From: Ascoidea asiatica JCM 7603 | Taxonomy: Eukaryota > Fungi > Ascomycota | Reading direction: 5' to 3' | DNA: 64,000 bases | NCBI GenBank assembly: GCA_001600695.1 | Contig: BCKQ01000005.1 | Location: 136,593 to 200,592, forward strand | Position numbers and translations under genes: made by a program | Part shown: positions 11,201 through 22,100 of the stretch, one piece after another | How the letters are laid out: each line of letters opens with the position of its first letter | Numbering within the stretch: the first letter of the stretch is position 1 | Notes under the pieces: model-generated | The model's database searches: none | Seen by the model: the letters and a program-made list of their open reading frames with translations, nothing else | Told to the model about the DNA's origin: nothing

Positions 11201-12582
11201 CCATTTACTGGTCTAATTATCAAATCATCCTCATCAGAAGAGGAATCAGCTATCGCTGCCAAAGAATTAAAACCTGGCATGTTTTTCCCTAGTATTGGAT
11301 TTACTTCGCTTCCCCCGAAAGGCCCAAAGGTGGAAAATAAGCTTTTATTTTTTACTTTATCTGCAATTGCTGACCCATTTTTATAATTGTATGAATAATC
11401 GGCTCCAGGATCGTATGCATAATAAGGGGGGAGGTAATAATTTTGTACTGTCTTGTCTCTTCTGAGTTTTCGGGATTTTCTGGAGGAAACCTCATTAAGA
11501 GCATCTCTTTCCTTTCTTCTACCTCTATTGTGTTCTATGTTATCAGCTTCTAACTCTTTTAGCTCATTGAAAACAGCACTATTAGAAACAGTGGTATTCC
11601 CTGGGTTACTTTCTGTTCTACCAGTTCTATTTCTGGTTCTGCTAGTAATGCCTCCGCTATCTTGTATATGTTCACTCAATACCTTCGAATCTGAAAGGGA
11701 CTTTCTACTTTGCCTCTGGCCCTGGCTCCCTAACGATCTTGACCTAGTTACTGCTCTTGTTTTTCTGGTATTCCTCAGGTTGAACTCTTCGTCTGTATTG
11801 CCATATTCGTCATTAACAACAAAATCTTTAACTTTTTTATTTTCATTTTCATGTTCAGATCCATCTAAATAATCAGATTCTTCATCTTCATTTTCTCCTG
11901 TTTCTGATTCAGATTCAAAATATTCTTCGGAAGAAGAATTTTCAATTTTAGCTCTTTTAGATCTGGAGTTATTGTTATGACTTAATGGATGGTGGTCATA
12001 TTCTTCTTTGTCATCATATTCTGGGTTGGAAACTTTTGAAACATCTTCCTTCCCAACTTCTATATTTTTATCTTCTTTGTTCTCTTCAATCTTTCCAGCA
12101 CCATTCTCAATATGATTCTCAGTAATTTTATTGGTACCATCCTTTTCATTTATATTATATTGATCCAGTTCATTGTCGCTTGATACATAAACAGAATTAT
12201 CTTCTTTATCAGCAATTTCATTTGTTTTTCTTTTCTTTTTCGGAGGTTTTAACCTGAACATTTTTGGATGAGAATAAACCAAATCATTCTGACCTTCTTT
12301 TTCCATGGGGTTATAGGTTTCTTTTGTGCTATTGGAGAATGTAATCTTGGTTGTTTTTTTGCTTTTATATATATTCAGATCTTCTTCGTCTGTATAATCA
12401 AACTCATCCTTTTGAGTTAATGCTTCTAATTCCTCGAGTTGATCGATATCATCGTTTATATCTTCCCTGTATGAAATTTCTTTTTTTTGAGTTCTTAGTG
12501 ATCTTCCACCAACTATAGTTTCAGTGGAAGGAATGATTTTTTCTGTTCTAGAGCTTCTTCTTCTTCTTCTCCTAGAAGGCAT
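8233..12582 (-). CDS. YTA7: ATAD2-family AAA+ ATPase/bromodomain chromatin protein Yta7
   Basis: [43 protein letters not shown], degenerate second AAA domain, bromo-like NMELDTIEERIWNGFYSEP. First ATG at 12582. Confidence 0.95.
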   Translation of the reverse strand: MPSRRRRRRSSRTEKIIPSTETIVGGRSLRTQKKEISYREDINDDIDQLEELEALTQKDEFDYTDEEDLNIYKSKKTTKITFSNSTKETYNPMEKEGQNDLVYSHPKMFRLKPPKKKRKTNEIADKEDNSVYVSSDNELDQYNINEKDGTNKITENHIENGAGKIEENKEDKNIEVGKEDVSKVSNPEYDDKEEYDHHPLSHNNNSRSKRAKIENSSSEEYFESESETGENEDEESDYLDGSEHENENKKVKDFVVNDEYGNTDEEFNLRNTRKTRAVTRSRSLGSQGQRQSRKSLSDSKVLSEHIQDSGGITSRTRNRTGRTESNPGNTTVSNSAVFNELKELEADNIEHNRGRRKERDALNEVSSRKSRKLRRDKTVQNYYLPPYYAYDPGADYSYNYKNGSAIADKVKNKSLFSTFGPFGGSEVNPILGKNMPGFNSLAAIADSSSDEDDLIIRPVNGNVSKDVINEAFSVNAKSNNINIAANQPANLGQFELNPKKKSKNTLADSDPLSVGMDIDFSFVGGLDNYINQLKEMVALPLLYPEVYTKFSITPPRGVLFHGPPGTGKTLMARALAASCSTPERKITFFMRKGADCLSKWVGEAERQLRLLFEEAKKQQPSIIFFDEIDGLAPVRSSKQEQIHSSIVSTLLALMDGMDSRGQVIIIGATNRPDAVDPALRRPGRFDREFYFPLPNFNSREKILQIHTRKWVPPLEPSFLTHLARLTKGYGGADLKSLCTEAALNSIKRIFPQIYSSDQKLAIDINELHVTKNDFESSLKKIIPSSSRSSVTNSAPLPENIAFLVENKFSEIKSKLDLIVPFDRKKNRANDLDEFMNTMSNEQLDSEITNRIKPNLKNKNIFNEIEQTRVFQPKLLVIGEAGMAQKYLGSAILDYLEGFQVQSLDLASLFSDSSMTPESMVVHKFMEARRNQPSVLYIPNVDIWLQNISDSVRATLISLLRSLRSSERVLLVGLLEENIYNKQILNSQKLIQMFGFMDDNRVVLEYPNKEKREKFFGTLWKVIKMKPIDFQDHELAIKIKKLKLEIKRIPVVPIISPKENMMSNHQVKVEKELRKNQIRNDLKLKNLLKIKLGQIFNSYKNTYKRFKKPAIEMSNLAHLFIVEDQVPPLDIDYQYIKEGNMILDRYSNKKYFNMELDTIEERIWNGFYSEPKQFVKDFKKILMDSQVLQDRDRLLKANELYTNLSFTVDEYFTDEQLKLFKSLRSREMSLQAQFLSEKTDKKVEEVIDLTSSSERLHHKKKAAKIIENGIVDNLSISKSGTTNAHINAKELLKVQTLENVEPITNELNETKKRMNIEHFLNLQTDPTYGNPITDDNHSMEGKIIEHPILDKNEEKYKILVNQFKILENKDVVYDVDLLDTVYSKLIYATENCTIENLEMINSILVGIALKGKNEWNRNIILKEIDNKIDSMQSILNLNRNAQLTGDFNFV

Positions 12583-13922
12583 AGCGATAAAGAGTAATAA
12601 TGAAAACCTGGAAATATCCACCACTATTCTATATAAATAACAATTGATTCACAGATTTTTGCAAAAAGTCCAATTGATAAATGGTTTATTTTCTTTTCAA
12701 AAGCGATAGTTGAAATTATTGGAAAGTAGAATTATTTTATATTCAATTCTGATAATTAACAATTAGTAATTAACGGTTATGTTTTGGAGAAAACCTTCTC
12801 AATACTGTGCAGTATTGAGATTTAGAAAACGGATATAAAATTAGAAAAAAAAATAAAAGGCCCTTTAAAAATGGTACTACGATGATAACACCTCTTGAGT
12901 AACGTTTTTAATCCACCCTGTTGGTTCTTATAAACAGGATTCATTCCTATAATAACACGCAGGTTTCCGCTTTTGGAAGTGAGTTTTAATAAAGATAAGA
13001 ATTCGAAATGATTAGTTATAAGCTGACCTCAGAATTTAAGCATCGATATCTGAAGTTTTATGGTGTCCAAAATGAAAAATTTGGAATTAACTCTTCTTAT
13101 CAAGAATAACAAATCACACTGATTTGAGGTAAGTTTTGGAATTTGGACCTTTGATGTACTGTAGTTTGGATTGGAGAATGAAGGACAGCAAATTTTCTAA
13201 TGGTTTTAAATACAGACATACTTTTATCTTTAGAAAATACACATCAGCTTTTCAATTAATTCAAAAAAAATACCTAATTAAAATCTAATTTTTACTTTTA
13301 ATAGCAGAAGTTGAAAATCTTTTTATCCGAAAGCAGAATACTAAATTTAAAGTTTACACTTAAGTTTGAAATTCATATCTACATAATTGACATTAACATA
13401 AATTCAAATAATATTTTGTCAAGTAAACATGGGGTAAGTTTATGATAATCAATGGCTCATAAATTTTTATATTCATTAAATATACTCTTCAAAATATTTT
13501 TGGAAATTTCTTGTCAAATCTTCGACCATAGGGACCTTAACATTTTGTTTGGCACGATTGAATTCAAAATTTGGGTATAATTTTGTCCCGAGAGCTATCT
13601 TGCCCTAAAATGTCTAATATTATTTTCTCATTAATATCCTCTACATAACAACTTACATGAAAAATTTAAAAGTTCAAAAGTTCGAGATTTTCGCCAAACA
13701 AAAATTGATGGAACACGTATTTGCAAAGTAATTGTAAGCTAGTTACTACTACAATAGTGAAGTAGATGTTCAATTTATGTCACTATTCAAATTTGAAACT
13801 TGAAATTTTTAATAAAAGAAGTAATTGGGTTTGAACAAAAATATGATATTTTAGTTTGAAAACATCAAAAATCTTTTTATTTATATGATTAAAAACTATT
13901 CAAAAAAGTAACATATTTTAAT

Positions 13923-14387
13923 TTAGCAAGCATCAGGTTGGGCCATAATATAATCAATAGCTTGATTAACAGTTTTAATTTCATCGGCTTCATGATCTGG
14001 AATTTCAATTGAAAATTCTTCTTCTATTGACATAACAACTTCTACAACATCTAATGAATCTAGGCCTAAATCATTTGAAAAGCTAGAAGTCTCACTTAGA
14101 TTTTTAATATTGACTTTTTCAAATCCTTCCAATATTTCTAAAATTCTTTCAGTCACTAATTCTTTAGTTAATGGACCTCCAGCAGAATAACTTCTAACAG
14201 CTCCTTGATTCTTAAAGGTAGCAACATTTGAAAATGTTAACTTTTTGTTTGAAAATATGAAATAGGACTTTGCAACAGGTGAAATTTTTGCTGAAATTGA
14301 ATTGTAGGATCTAATTGCAATTTGATTTTTCATAGAAAAAGTTGAAATATTTCTCAAGGAGTTTAAAAGTAGTTGTTTTCTGAGCAT
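13923..14387 (-). CDS. ACP1: Mitochondrial acyl carrier protein
   Basis: DLGLDSLDVVEVVMSIEEEF phosphopantetheine motif; basic N-terminal presequence. Confidence 0.95.
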   Translation of the reverse strand: MLRKQLLLNSLRNISTFSMKNQIAIRSYNSISAKISPVAKSYFIFSNKKLTFSNVATFKNQGAVRSYSAGGPLTKELVTERILEILEGFEKVNIKNLSETSSFSNDLGLDSLDVVEVVMSIEEEFSIEIPDHEADEIKTVNQAIDYIMAQPDAC

Positions 14388-14831
14388 TTTTGATGATATT
14401 TTATTTTTAGATTTTTTTTTTTTGTTTTCAAATTGCAGTTCAGAGTATTTTTATAATTTAATATTTATTATCTGACTATTATGAGAATACTTTGTCATTA
14501 AACCAATACTTATCTTTTGAGGTAAATTTTGTGCTACTTTGCAAAATAATAATAGTATTAGAATAAGCACACTTTTTAAGTGTTTTTACTGGTTACTTTG
14601 ATATTGAAAATGTTACCCAATCTGAACAAAAACCGGTTTTGTCAGCTGACACCATATTCAGTCACCTGCAGTAAATTTCAACAAATATTTCTAACCTTAC
14701 GCTTTATTTATATTAATCATCATTGATAATTCAGATGGATATTCAATCACTACTTTAAAATATCAAAACAGTATCACTACAATACATTTCTAATTTTGAC
14801 TGGATTAGAATCAAAAATAAGAATATTTGTT

Positions 14832-15377
14832 ATGTTTGGTGTGGGCTTTAAAAACATTATATCAGGATTGGTTAGGTCAGTTGGTGGGTCATCTTTAAAT
14901 ATTTCCGTTAAGCCAAATATACTTCCAACCAAAGGGTTGTTTTTCAATTTAAAGAATAGCAATACAAGTATCATAAATCAACTACAGCAGCAAAGATACG
15001 CTACGTTGAATCAAATTAGAAAAGGGGCTATTAAGCCAAGAAAAGCCAAATTAACGAAATCCCCAGATTTAGAAAATTGTCCGATTAGAAAAGGTGTTGT
15101 TTTAAGAGTTATGGTTTTAAAGCCAAAGAAGCCTAACTCTGCACAAAGAAAAGCCTGTAGGGTGAGATTAACTAATGGTAGAGTTATTAGTGCTTATATC
15201 GGTGGAGAAGGTCATAATGCACAAGAACATAGTGTTGTATTTGTAAGAGGTGGTAGATGTCAAGACTTACCTGGTGTTAAATATCATACAGTTAGAGGAG
15301 CTATGGATTTAAGTGGTGTTGCTAATCGAATCACTTCAAGAAGCAAGTATGGTGTTAAGAAACCAGCCAAAGCTTGA
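14832..15377 (+). CDS. MRPS12: Mitochondrial ribosomal protein uS12m
   Basis: [41 protein letters not shown]; first ATG at 14832. Confidence 0.95.
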   Translation: MFGVGFKNIISGLVRSVGGSSLNISVKPNILPTKGLFFNLKNSNTSIINQLQQQRYATLNQIRKGAIKPRKAKLTKSPDLENCPIRKGVVLRVMVLKPKKPNSAQRKACRVRLTNGRVISAYIGGEGHNAQEHSVVFVRGGRCQDLPGVKYHTVRGAMDLSGVANRITSRSKYGVKKPAKA

Positions 15378-15549
15378 AAACCGAAATAAATAGATAGGAG
15401 TTTAAGGTCAGGAAACCTCTACATGTACATACAATATAAATATTAAAATAAAACAATATAAATTTTTATTGACGTCTTACATCTCTTTTATTCTTAATTA
15501 ATAAGAATTAAATACGCATTGGATTTACTCCGTGTCTAGATATTAGTTT

Positions 15550-16569
15550 TTAGTTTCTGAGTTCAAACCTTCTACCACTTGCAGTTTTTCTTTCTGTTTT
15601 TCTTTCACCTTCTTCAAATTCTGGTTTTGCTCTGTTCAAGATTTTTACATATTCTAATACTCTTGATCTCATTCTTGAATGCATGAAAGCCTTTGAGCAT
15701 TTAATATGATAATGAAAATAAGTTCTGAACATTTGAATCTGGCTAATTGTATTTTCTCTTTTGATATTAGTTAAATGTCTTGGAAATAATACAAAAGTGA
15801 TATATCCTTTTTCATATTTTCCTTTAGATGGACCACTAATTTTTTCAAATTGAGGTAATTTTCTCAACTCTAAAGGAGGCTCTATGTGGGAATATAAAAC
15901 TTGAGGAGCATTTTGAACAGATCTTCTTCTTGCATCAACAAATTCCTGTAAAAATACTTTTCCAAAAATTTTATCAGTTTCATCTTTGAAAATAGTTGAA
16001 AAAATAACAGTGACCCTATCAAATGATGGTTTAATGAAAATTGATTCTTCATCTCTATAGTTTATAACAAAGATTTTTTCTTTGTCAACTTTATTTGTAT
16101 TATCACTAAATACAGATTCCTTTTCAGCTATCGATTGATTATCATATTCCAATGCTAATTGATTATACCTATCAATGGCTTTATCAAAGGGAGCGGCGAG
16201 ACAATTTCTTTTCAATAAAGAAACTTTGGATATAAATTGATTTTGTTCATCAATTGAATGAGTAGATTTAAGAGCTTGTAGATCAAAATATATGGAAAAG
16301 TTGTAACCAACTTCCGGTGTTTCTAAAATATTATAATCTTGATATATTGGAGCTAAATAAGATAAAACATCACCATAAGTTTTCAAATCTTCAAAAGATT
16401 TTATGTAAATTGAAATTAAGATTTTAGACTTTGATTCAGGAGTTGAAATATGGAATAAAGTATTATCAAAATCAGATACAATCCTATCGAAGGATTTGGG
16501 AACTTCCGAGGAAATCAATTCTGTTAGAATTTCTTGAATTGATAAATTAAATGGCTGTAATTGCAACAT
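15550..16569 (-). CDS. ARC35: Arp2/3 complex subunit ARPC2
   Basis: DRVTVIFSTIFKDETDKIFGKVFLQEFVDARR, YFHYHIKCSKAFMHSRMR. Confidence 0.95.
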   Translation of the reverse strand: MLQLQPFNLSIQEILTELISSEVPKSFDRIVSDFDNTLFHISTPESKSKILISIYIKSFEDLKTYGDVLSYLAPIYQDYNILETPEVGYNFSIYFDLQALKSTHSIDEQNQFISKVSLLKRNCLAAPFDKAIDRYNQLALEYDNQSIAEKESVFSDNTNKVDKEKIFVINYRDEESIFIKPSFDRVTVIFSTIFKDETDKIFGKVFLQEFVDARRRSVQNAPQVLYSHIEPPLELRKLPQFEKISGPSKGKYEKGYITFVLFPRHLTNIKRENTISQIQMFRTYFHYHIKCSKAFMHSRMRSRVLEYVKILNRAKPEFEEGERKTERKTASGRRFELRN

Positions 16570-17850
16570 TTTTAATATTTCTTAAAATGTTCTAATAGTG
16601 ATTTATTTATGTTTATGTTTTAAGTTATCAATTTTAGAAAAGATTATCTCTTATTAGATACTTAGTTTGCTTTAATTCAATTCTGTTTGCTTTTTTCCTA
16701 TTAATACATAAAAGTTGACAGTTGTTGAAAAATAATAGGAGATATATCCGTACTTGGAAATTCAGGAAATATCCAAGAAAATACAAGGACCAAACATTCC
16801 GCCTTATCTAATGCGGATGGTCACAAAATCAATTCCCGGCTGTTAATTCAAGTTCAAGTTAAAATTCAGACTATGAACAGAAAGTGAAAAAGGTATTTAA
16901 ATGAGTGAAAGAAGTCCAAAAAGTGAATATAAAAAAAAAAGCAAAATAAGGAAATAAAAGATAATTAAATTAAGACGAAATGGTTTCTGAAGTAGGAAAA
17001 CAGCAGCGCATTTAAAAATGAAAAAATAACAATTCATAATATTTCCATTACGTACCATGAATTTCTAGACTCTTTGATAATAATATGGTAAGACTTTACA
17101 CATAATCCTACTTTAAAAGAGACATTCTTTTGAGCTTAAACAAAATCAGTCACATTAATCAACTACTAATTTGTTTGAAAAGAGTAAAATTAATAACCTA
17201 TTTTCCTCTGTTTTTGGGTTGATAAATGAACTATTCAAGCAGCTTTACTCATTTTTCAGCTAAAATTTTACTCGAGCCTTAATAACTTATATTCAGTTCT
17301 ACCGTACTACAGTATTATTACATTGGCTTTGATTTATTACATAATTGCTTACTTATTTTCAGAACTTTCTCTTCTTCTGGTTTGACTTACTCTAACAGCA
17401 GGTAAGTTTAAAGATGGAGCGTAACTTTAGATTGCAACAAACATAACCCTGCTCGTTCTTCAGATCTGTTATGGAACACTTTGCAAATCAAACTTATCTG
17501 CACAACACTGCATTTACACAATCACAAACGGTAGTCATAGCAACAAATTGATCGTTTTCACAGGGATAGTCGTTAAGTATTTTGAGAAATGTTTTGAGGA
17601 AGTACAACAGTTTATTTAAATAAAATCACGTGCAAAAATAAAGTTTTGGGATACAGGGAACAAAGGTCAAACAAAGTGCACAGCAATTCAATCAATCAAA
17701 AGAATAAGTGCGTGCTTATTTTTCACGAGGACGAAGGTATAATTGGTCTCGTCAAACACGTTACCAGTAAAAGCTTAGTAAGAGCATCCTCCACAGTAGT
17801 ACGCAACTAAACACTGTTCTGTGCTGGAAACAAGAGCTTTGAATCTCAAG

Positions 17851-17893
17851 AATCAATTTATCTCAATTTATCTCAATGTATCTCAATTTATCA
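17851..17893. repeat. 10-bp tandem repeat (TCTCAATTTA) about 4 units
   Basis: AATCAATTTA TCTCAATTTA TCTCAATGTA TCTCAATTTA TCA. Confidence 0.8.
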
Positions 17894-19146
17894 ACTTATT
17901 TTAACCTTTTTTTTGCTATTTTTTCCCAATTCTTTCTTTATACAGTACAGTAGTGCATATTTTATTTATCTACAAAACAAGTAGATACCAAAACAAAACT
18001 TATGGCCGGCTAGTATTACTGTAGCACAGTATTATTACATTGTAGAACCAATTGAAATTTCATTTCTATTGGGTTCTAAATTAATCATTTCAATTTCATT
18101 TTTCACATAAGTGGATTTCAAATTACAGCAGTTCTTTTTTAGATTTATTCATTTCGCTTTACTCTTCGGTATTTGGTTTTGAAATTAGTCGTAGAAGGTT
18201 GAAAAAGAATGAGAATACTAAGACTGTAAGACTATCTAAACTAGAAATAAGAGAAAAAAAGGTAAATTTAATTTTCATTCTCTTATTAGATTTTGGTGTT
18301 CACTGTATTTCAGGTATAAACTAGCAAAAAATATTTATATAATATTATTAAGCCTATTAGCATTATTCAACTATTTAAAATAATATTTCCGTAAAGGAAC
18401 GGTAATGCACTTTAAAAGTAAATTGCCTTTGAATATTTTGAAATTTGAAATAAATTTATTCCTAAGTCAAGAAATTATTATAATTTTAGTTCAATTAATA
18501 CGTATCAAATCTAAAGTTATTCAATTCATAACCAATATTTCATTCAAATATTTTTCAAAACTCTGACTTCTATTCCTTTATTGCTATAACTTTCGTATCA
18601 ATTTACCAAAAAGTTAGTTTATTTTAGTAGGATAAAAGACAATACTGGTAATTTCCTTTATTTTTCAAAAACAATAAAATATCATAGATCCAATTCATCT
18701 ATTCGAATTGTCAATAAATTTCAATTTATGAGCAAAAAATTCAATATAAACCATTCAATCCCTTCAATTTTTTTCAGATATTTTAAACCATCTCATTTTT
18801 TGTTTCTGCTTAGATTATTTCATTCGTTTTCTACTTTTTGTGAACTGAAGTAAATTTAGATTTTTCAATTTTTCTTTTTCATTTTTTTAAATAAATCTTC
18901 AAAATTTGACTATTTTCTTTTTTTTCATTACAATCAATTTTAAATATAGAGTATATGTATCTAGAATTATTACACTCTTTTATTCAACATAAAAAGTGAT
19001 CTAAAAACCTATAAAGATTTTTTTTTTTTAAATTTTTATCTGTATTATATCTTCTCCTTTGAATTATACTGCAACACTATCATTAACAATATCAATAATA
19101 ATAATAGTAATCATAACAATAATAATAACAACACAGCAACTCAAAA

Positions 19147-22100
19147 ATGGCTTCCAATAGATCAGGCTTGGAATTTGATCTCAGTGATAAACTTCTTAGC
19201 AGATCCGGGACACTTTCAAAAAAAAATTCTTATATGAGAAAAAGATTAACATCTGCATCTTCTCCTGCTATTAATCGAGCAATGTCCTTATCAAATTTTC
19301 AATCTAGGAATTCAATTAACACATACTCTAATGGTAATCATCTAATTCAGTCTAATTATCCAAGCCAACCTAATTATCCAAATTATCCAACATATGTCAA
19401 CTACTCTAATTCATATGGCAATGATTCTAATCTCAATATCACTAATCAACCACTAATGCACCAGCCACTACCAGCAGCACCAGCAGTACCATCAGATCCA
19501 AAACTATCAGAACGAAAAGATCATTCTTTTCGCTCGTTGTCAAGAAATGATACTGTTGCTTCCACTGGTTTTCAAAGAAACAACTTCAACTATAATTATA
19601 ATCAAAATAATTTCAAACAGTCTTCGACTACTCCTTTACCCAATTACTCAACAGTTAATAAAACACAAGCTATCAATCAATCGTTATCTGAAACTCCACA
19701 ACACAATAAAAGTGTTTACTCAAATATTGATAATTCGAATTCGAATTCGAATTCTTCATTAAATTCGTCTATTTCAAAGCAACGTATTCAACAACAGCCA
19801 TTTAATCAACTATATAACCCTAACTCAAATCCGCTATATCAACCTCAACATCAACAACCATACCTGCAGCAATATCAACAGCCATATCCTCAATATTTTC
19901 AACAACCAAACCAACAGCCTTATCACCAAGGCTTTCAACAGCCTTATCAACAACATTATCAACAATATTATCAGCATTCTTCTCAAAAACAGCATCAAAA
20001 TGTTCCTCCACGTAATCCTGGATCTTACATTCATGATTCTGATATTCCAACCCGTTCTAAATCAATGGTAGGCCCATCTGTAAATTATAATAATTTCCTT
20101 GTAAAACATCCAATGCCTCTACCTAAGGATTTAATTCCTCTAGTAAATAAGAACATCAACAATATCAACAATAATAATGAAATTCAAAATTTTGAACATC
20201 ATGATAATAATGATAATAATAGTGACAATGATAAAATTGATAATGATAATGAAAGCAATAATAATAAAATCAATGAAACCATAAATTTTGAGCAAAGTAA
20301 TGCCAGTAGAAAGGTAAAAACTGATAAATTTAGGTCCGAAATACACAATGAGCTCAACGACCCTTCCACCTTATACCCTTCTCCACCTATTTCTGAAAGT
20401 TCTGTTTCTGATTTCCCTGCAAATCTTACTATTGTTCAAAAAAATAATATAAGTGCTGCAAACCTGGATAATAATACTATCCAGCTTCCAGAAAATGATT
20501 TACAAGATAATTTAAATTCGTCATCCTCTAATATTGTTTCAAAATCTACAAACAATCCAATGAATCATCCATTAAAGAGATATAATTCAATTGAATCCGA
20601 TGCTACAATTAATACTATATCCGGTACTATTCAAAAAAACGAAAGAATTGACCAAATTGCAACTGATTCGGCAAATCTTCCCGAATTATCTTCAAAATGT
20701 TCAGGAAATTTGAACCAAGTCTCTAAGTCTAAAAGCGGTTGTCCTGAATTTATCCAAAGGAACGAAAACCTGGTATCTTTACAGGGAAATTCTGGGGCAA
20801 ATAATGCTTTTCAAAATCCAACAGGTGCACCCATATATAATTCATCATCTAACTTTCAATACTCTTATCAACCTTCGTGTATCAATACACTCTCAAATGC
20901 ACTCCAATATGAACAAAATTCAAATTTTCTCAATCAAGATTATCTGAAATTAAATCATAATATTGATCCGAATCCACGAAATAATCATATTTATAATCAA
21001 TTCTATTCTTATCAAAATTTTTCTCAAACTCAACCTATAAACTCATATCAATCATTTCCTGCACCTCATTCCAAAAATGATCGATCTTTTGATTATAATC
21101 CTCATTATCATCATCCACAATTACAAAATCCATACAACAGTACACAATTTCGGAGTAATCAAGTTGCTAGTGATCATGTAAATAAATTGGCCCCTTACTT
21201 AGATAATAATAGACCTGCTAGATCTTCTTCTGAATCAGGTGGGAATCAAATCAAAAGTAAATGCTTTACTAATATACAAGCAGGGTCTTCAGTTATTGTA
21301 GAAAATTCTAATGAGAACCATTTGAAGAAAAGTAAAGATTCTATCTTGAAAAATGAAGTATCACATGGTAAAAATAAACATAGAAAAAAATATAAAGAAC
21401 GATTCTATTTTCCAAATGGGGAAGAGTACATACCAAGGAAAGAACAAAAGAAAAAAATTGAAAAAGGCTCAAAGGCGGGAAAAATGGGAAATATAGATGG
21501 TAAAGTAAAAGGAAAGTTTTATATTGATAGCGAGAGTGAAGCCAGTGAAGACGAACCTATCACCTTTCCTAAGGATGGAAAGGAAATTAGAGATGAAAAG
21601 AAAGAATATATTTACTTGGACGATTTCAGCGATGGTGATTTCAATGAGGCTGATAGTGATACAGATTACAATGAAAATTCTAGTTACTATAGTGATGCGT
21701 TCCAAACTAGTAGTGATAATTCGAGCGAAAATCATGGAAACTTCAATTCTGCTGATGGGAAATTTCTTCGATCATATGATCGTAGAAAGAAAGCATCTCA
21801 ATCTTTATCAACTTCAACAACTTTTAGTAAACAGCGTTCATCATCATCTACGTCTTCATCAAATTCAAAAGAAAATGACAAATCAATCATTAATAGTTCT
21901 AAATCATTATCTATTTTACCAAATTTGTCTAATGACACTTCGATCTCACAGATATCTATTGAAGAGCCTTTGTCTTTAAAAAATTCTCAACTTTCAACTC
22001 TTCAAGTGATTCATGAACCTGATTCCGAAGTAATAAGTGCAAATGAAACTTTAAACCTGAAAAAAGAGTTAGAAAGTATAGTTCAAGAAAAAGATTTAGC

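Noticed and set aside
2216-12000. Short antisense or overlapping ORFs inside the bHLH gene, VAC7 and YTA7 (likewise in AFR1-like, SMC5, TEL1, CDC48)
   Set aside because: Shadow frames of real genes, mostly with non-ATG starts and no recognisable motifs.
17390-17410. CAG|GTAAGT donor-like site upstream of the AFR1-like gene
   Set aside because: No downstream consensus branchpoint seen.
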